Assembly (NCBI GenBank): GCA_000934665.2
Contig: KZ538074.1
Location: 118,085 to 138,084 of the forward strand
Direction: 5' to 3'
From: Catajapyx aquilonaris
Taxonomy: Eukaryota
Length of the DNA: 20,000 bases
The notes beneath the pieces are model-generated. The model worked only from the letters and a program-made list of their open reading frames with translations, did not search any database and had not been told where the DNA came from. Shown here piece after piece: positions 18,522 to 20,000 of this stretch (positions are counted from its first letter, which is position 1; every line of letters begins with the position of its first letter). Both the position numbers and the translations under genes were made by a program.

Positions 18522-18867
18522 CTGAAAGAACAAAGAACAGATGCTAACATTTTCCTTACACAGAAAGTAGTGCCTTAGCCTCTGCTGCAGCAATACTCAA
18601 GTTTAAGCTGCCCAATGGCTGTGCAGGTGGGTACAAACTAATCAACAATTCAATATCTCTATTGGGTTTTTAATGTCAGATGACAATGTGCTTATGGGGG
18701 AAGAGGCCAGAGGAGCCACTGAGGGGTAATATGGTACTTAAAATTATATACTTTTAGCATTATGTGCAGGATTTCTAATGTCACTTAAGCCTCTGTCTCC
18801 CGCTCGATAATGCACTCTTTGGGTGGGGGTTTAAAAATAGCGCCCCTGGTGTACGAAGTCGTGTACA

Positions 18868-18957
18868 AATGAGAAGTTTCCCAGTGCCTAGCCCCCCAGA
18901 AGCCCAGATCTTACCCCGATGGACTTTTTTGTGGAGATACGTGTATGGTGAAAAGAT
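18868..18957 (+). pseudogene. Tc1/mariner-superfamily transposase catalytic-motif relic
   Basis: In-frame NEKFP.A*PPRSPDLTPMDFF then frameshifted WRYVY: the WPPRSPDLTP.DFFLWGY motif with TGG changed to TAG. Confidence 0.8.
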
Positions 18958-19094
18958 CTGATATCTCCATCACCAGTCCAATTGGAAAAGATTGCAACGG
19001 TAATGACAGACATGATATGTCTGAACTGGTTACACATGACACCAGTTACCATATTTACATTTGCCATATCGAAACAAACTATGGCAAGACCAAA

Positions 19095-19605
19095 CCGGCC
19101 CTGGGATTTGAACCCAGGACCTCCCGATTAGCAGGAGGGCTCCTTATCCCCTACACCAGTGGTTCCCAACCTTTTCGTCATGACGCCCCCCTTTTCGTTT
19201 TCACCAAACACTCACGACACCCCCCCCCCCCCCAANCCCCCAATAAATTTCAGCAAGTGCTTCTTGAAAGAAAATTCTATAACTGAGGAATGAAAACCTG
19301 TTGAAATAGGGGCAACAACAGAAGGGCCGAGAAGCCCGTCGCAGGCGAAATTTTTGGGGGGTTCAAGGTCACAAAGTTTAGGTGAATGTCGCTGACAAAG
19401 TCCAGTGGAATCTTCCTACACTGTAAGCACATCGGATACAAGCAAGGAAAAAACCCTTCCTTTCCCCAGTCCTTTCATATTTCCAGCAGCGCCAAGGGGA
19501 AACATGTTACATTATTTTATGTATTTCTCATGGCCTCACGCCCCCCCCTGAAATCCTCTCACGCCCCCCAGGTTGGGAACCACTGACCTACACCAACCTG
19601 CTTCA
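19095..19605 (-). mobile_element. tRNA-derived SINE head or tRNA pseudogene interrupted by a hAT MITE (3' extent unknown)
   Basis: After removing the insert and one TSD, the minus strand reads GGTTGGTGTAGGGGATAAGGAGCCCTCCTGCTAATCGGGAGGTCCTGGGTTCAAATCCCAGG (A box, anticodon-like arm, B box). Confidence 0.7.
19157..19585. mobile_element. hAT (Charlie/Buster-type) MITE
   Basis: Perfect 16-bp TIR CAGTGGTTCCCAACCT and AGGTTGGGAACCACTG; 8-bp TSD CCCTACAC vs ACCTACAC with central TA; subterminal ACGCCCCCC repeats. Confidence 0.92.
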
Positions 19606-20000
19606 GTTAACTGGAATGCATATTGTGATGCACCTACAACTTTTTGCGAATAAAAAAGAATACCAAGACGGTTGTTAAAGCTTAATTTTAAGACTGTATG
19701 ACCATGAATTCCTCAGAGAGATCATGTCATCATGCGACAAGCGACACAATGTCACGAAAACTTTAAAAAATTAATTGTAGGGAATCCAGAGATTACAGAG
19801 AAAAACTATCAGATTTGAATTCAGCACACTCAAATTAGGTAATTGAACAAGTGCAGGTGTCAATGCAACAAAAATTTGTTCCCCAGTGTTGTTATTATTG
19901 TTGTTGTTGGCTGGTTCCATTTCAATCCAGACGGTGGGTGCCCAGTCATGGTCTTCGATTTTTTTTAAAAAAATATATGTGAAACCCACATCCAATTGAA

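Noticed and set aside
1..20000. CRISPR array, retron or other prokaryotic system
   Set aside because: No repeat-spacer periodicity or operons; spliceosomal introns and metazoan genes explain the window.

Overview
Eukaryotic (animal, most likely arthropod/insect) genomic DNA from a gapped draft assembly. It holds the 3' parts of two convergent intron-containing genes. ATG13 is on + (exons 1360-1747, 1813-1996, 3267-3666, 8236-8499: HORMA domain, LIR, C-terminal ULK1/Atg1-binding tail). A PAT1/PATL1 mRNA-decay factor homolog is on - (exons 18521-18387, 17166-16840, 10766-10461, 9982-9710). The 5' exons of both lie outside the window and their stop codons are about 1.2 kb apart. The introns are packed with non-autonomous mobile DNA: Kolobok-, PIF/Harbinger-, Tc1/mariner-, Tigger-, hAT- and piggyBac-like MITEs with readable TIRs/TSDs, tRNA-derived SINEs, mariner, Tc1-like and Merlin-like transposase relics, several nested insertions and near-perfect hairpins. 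I see no convincing new multi-gene system. The best leads are a G:U-biased 177-bp palindrome, a head-to-head mariner element keeping an HTH-only ORF, a 76-bp hairpin with a 4-bp duplication, a hAT MITE with three right ends, and the tight ATG13/PAT1 3' end junction. All family assignments come from motif recognition by eye; no database search was run.
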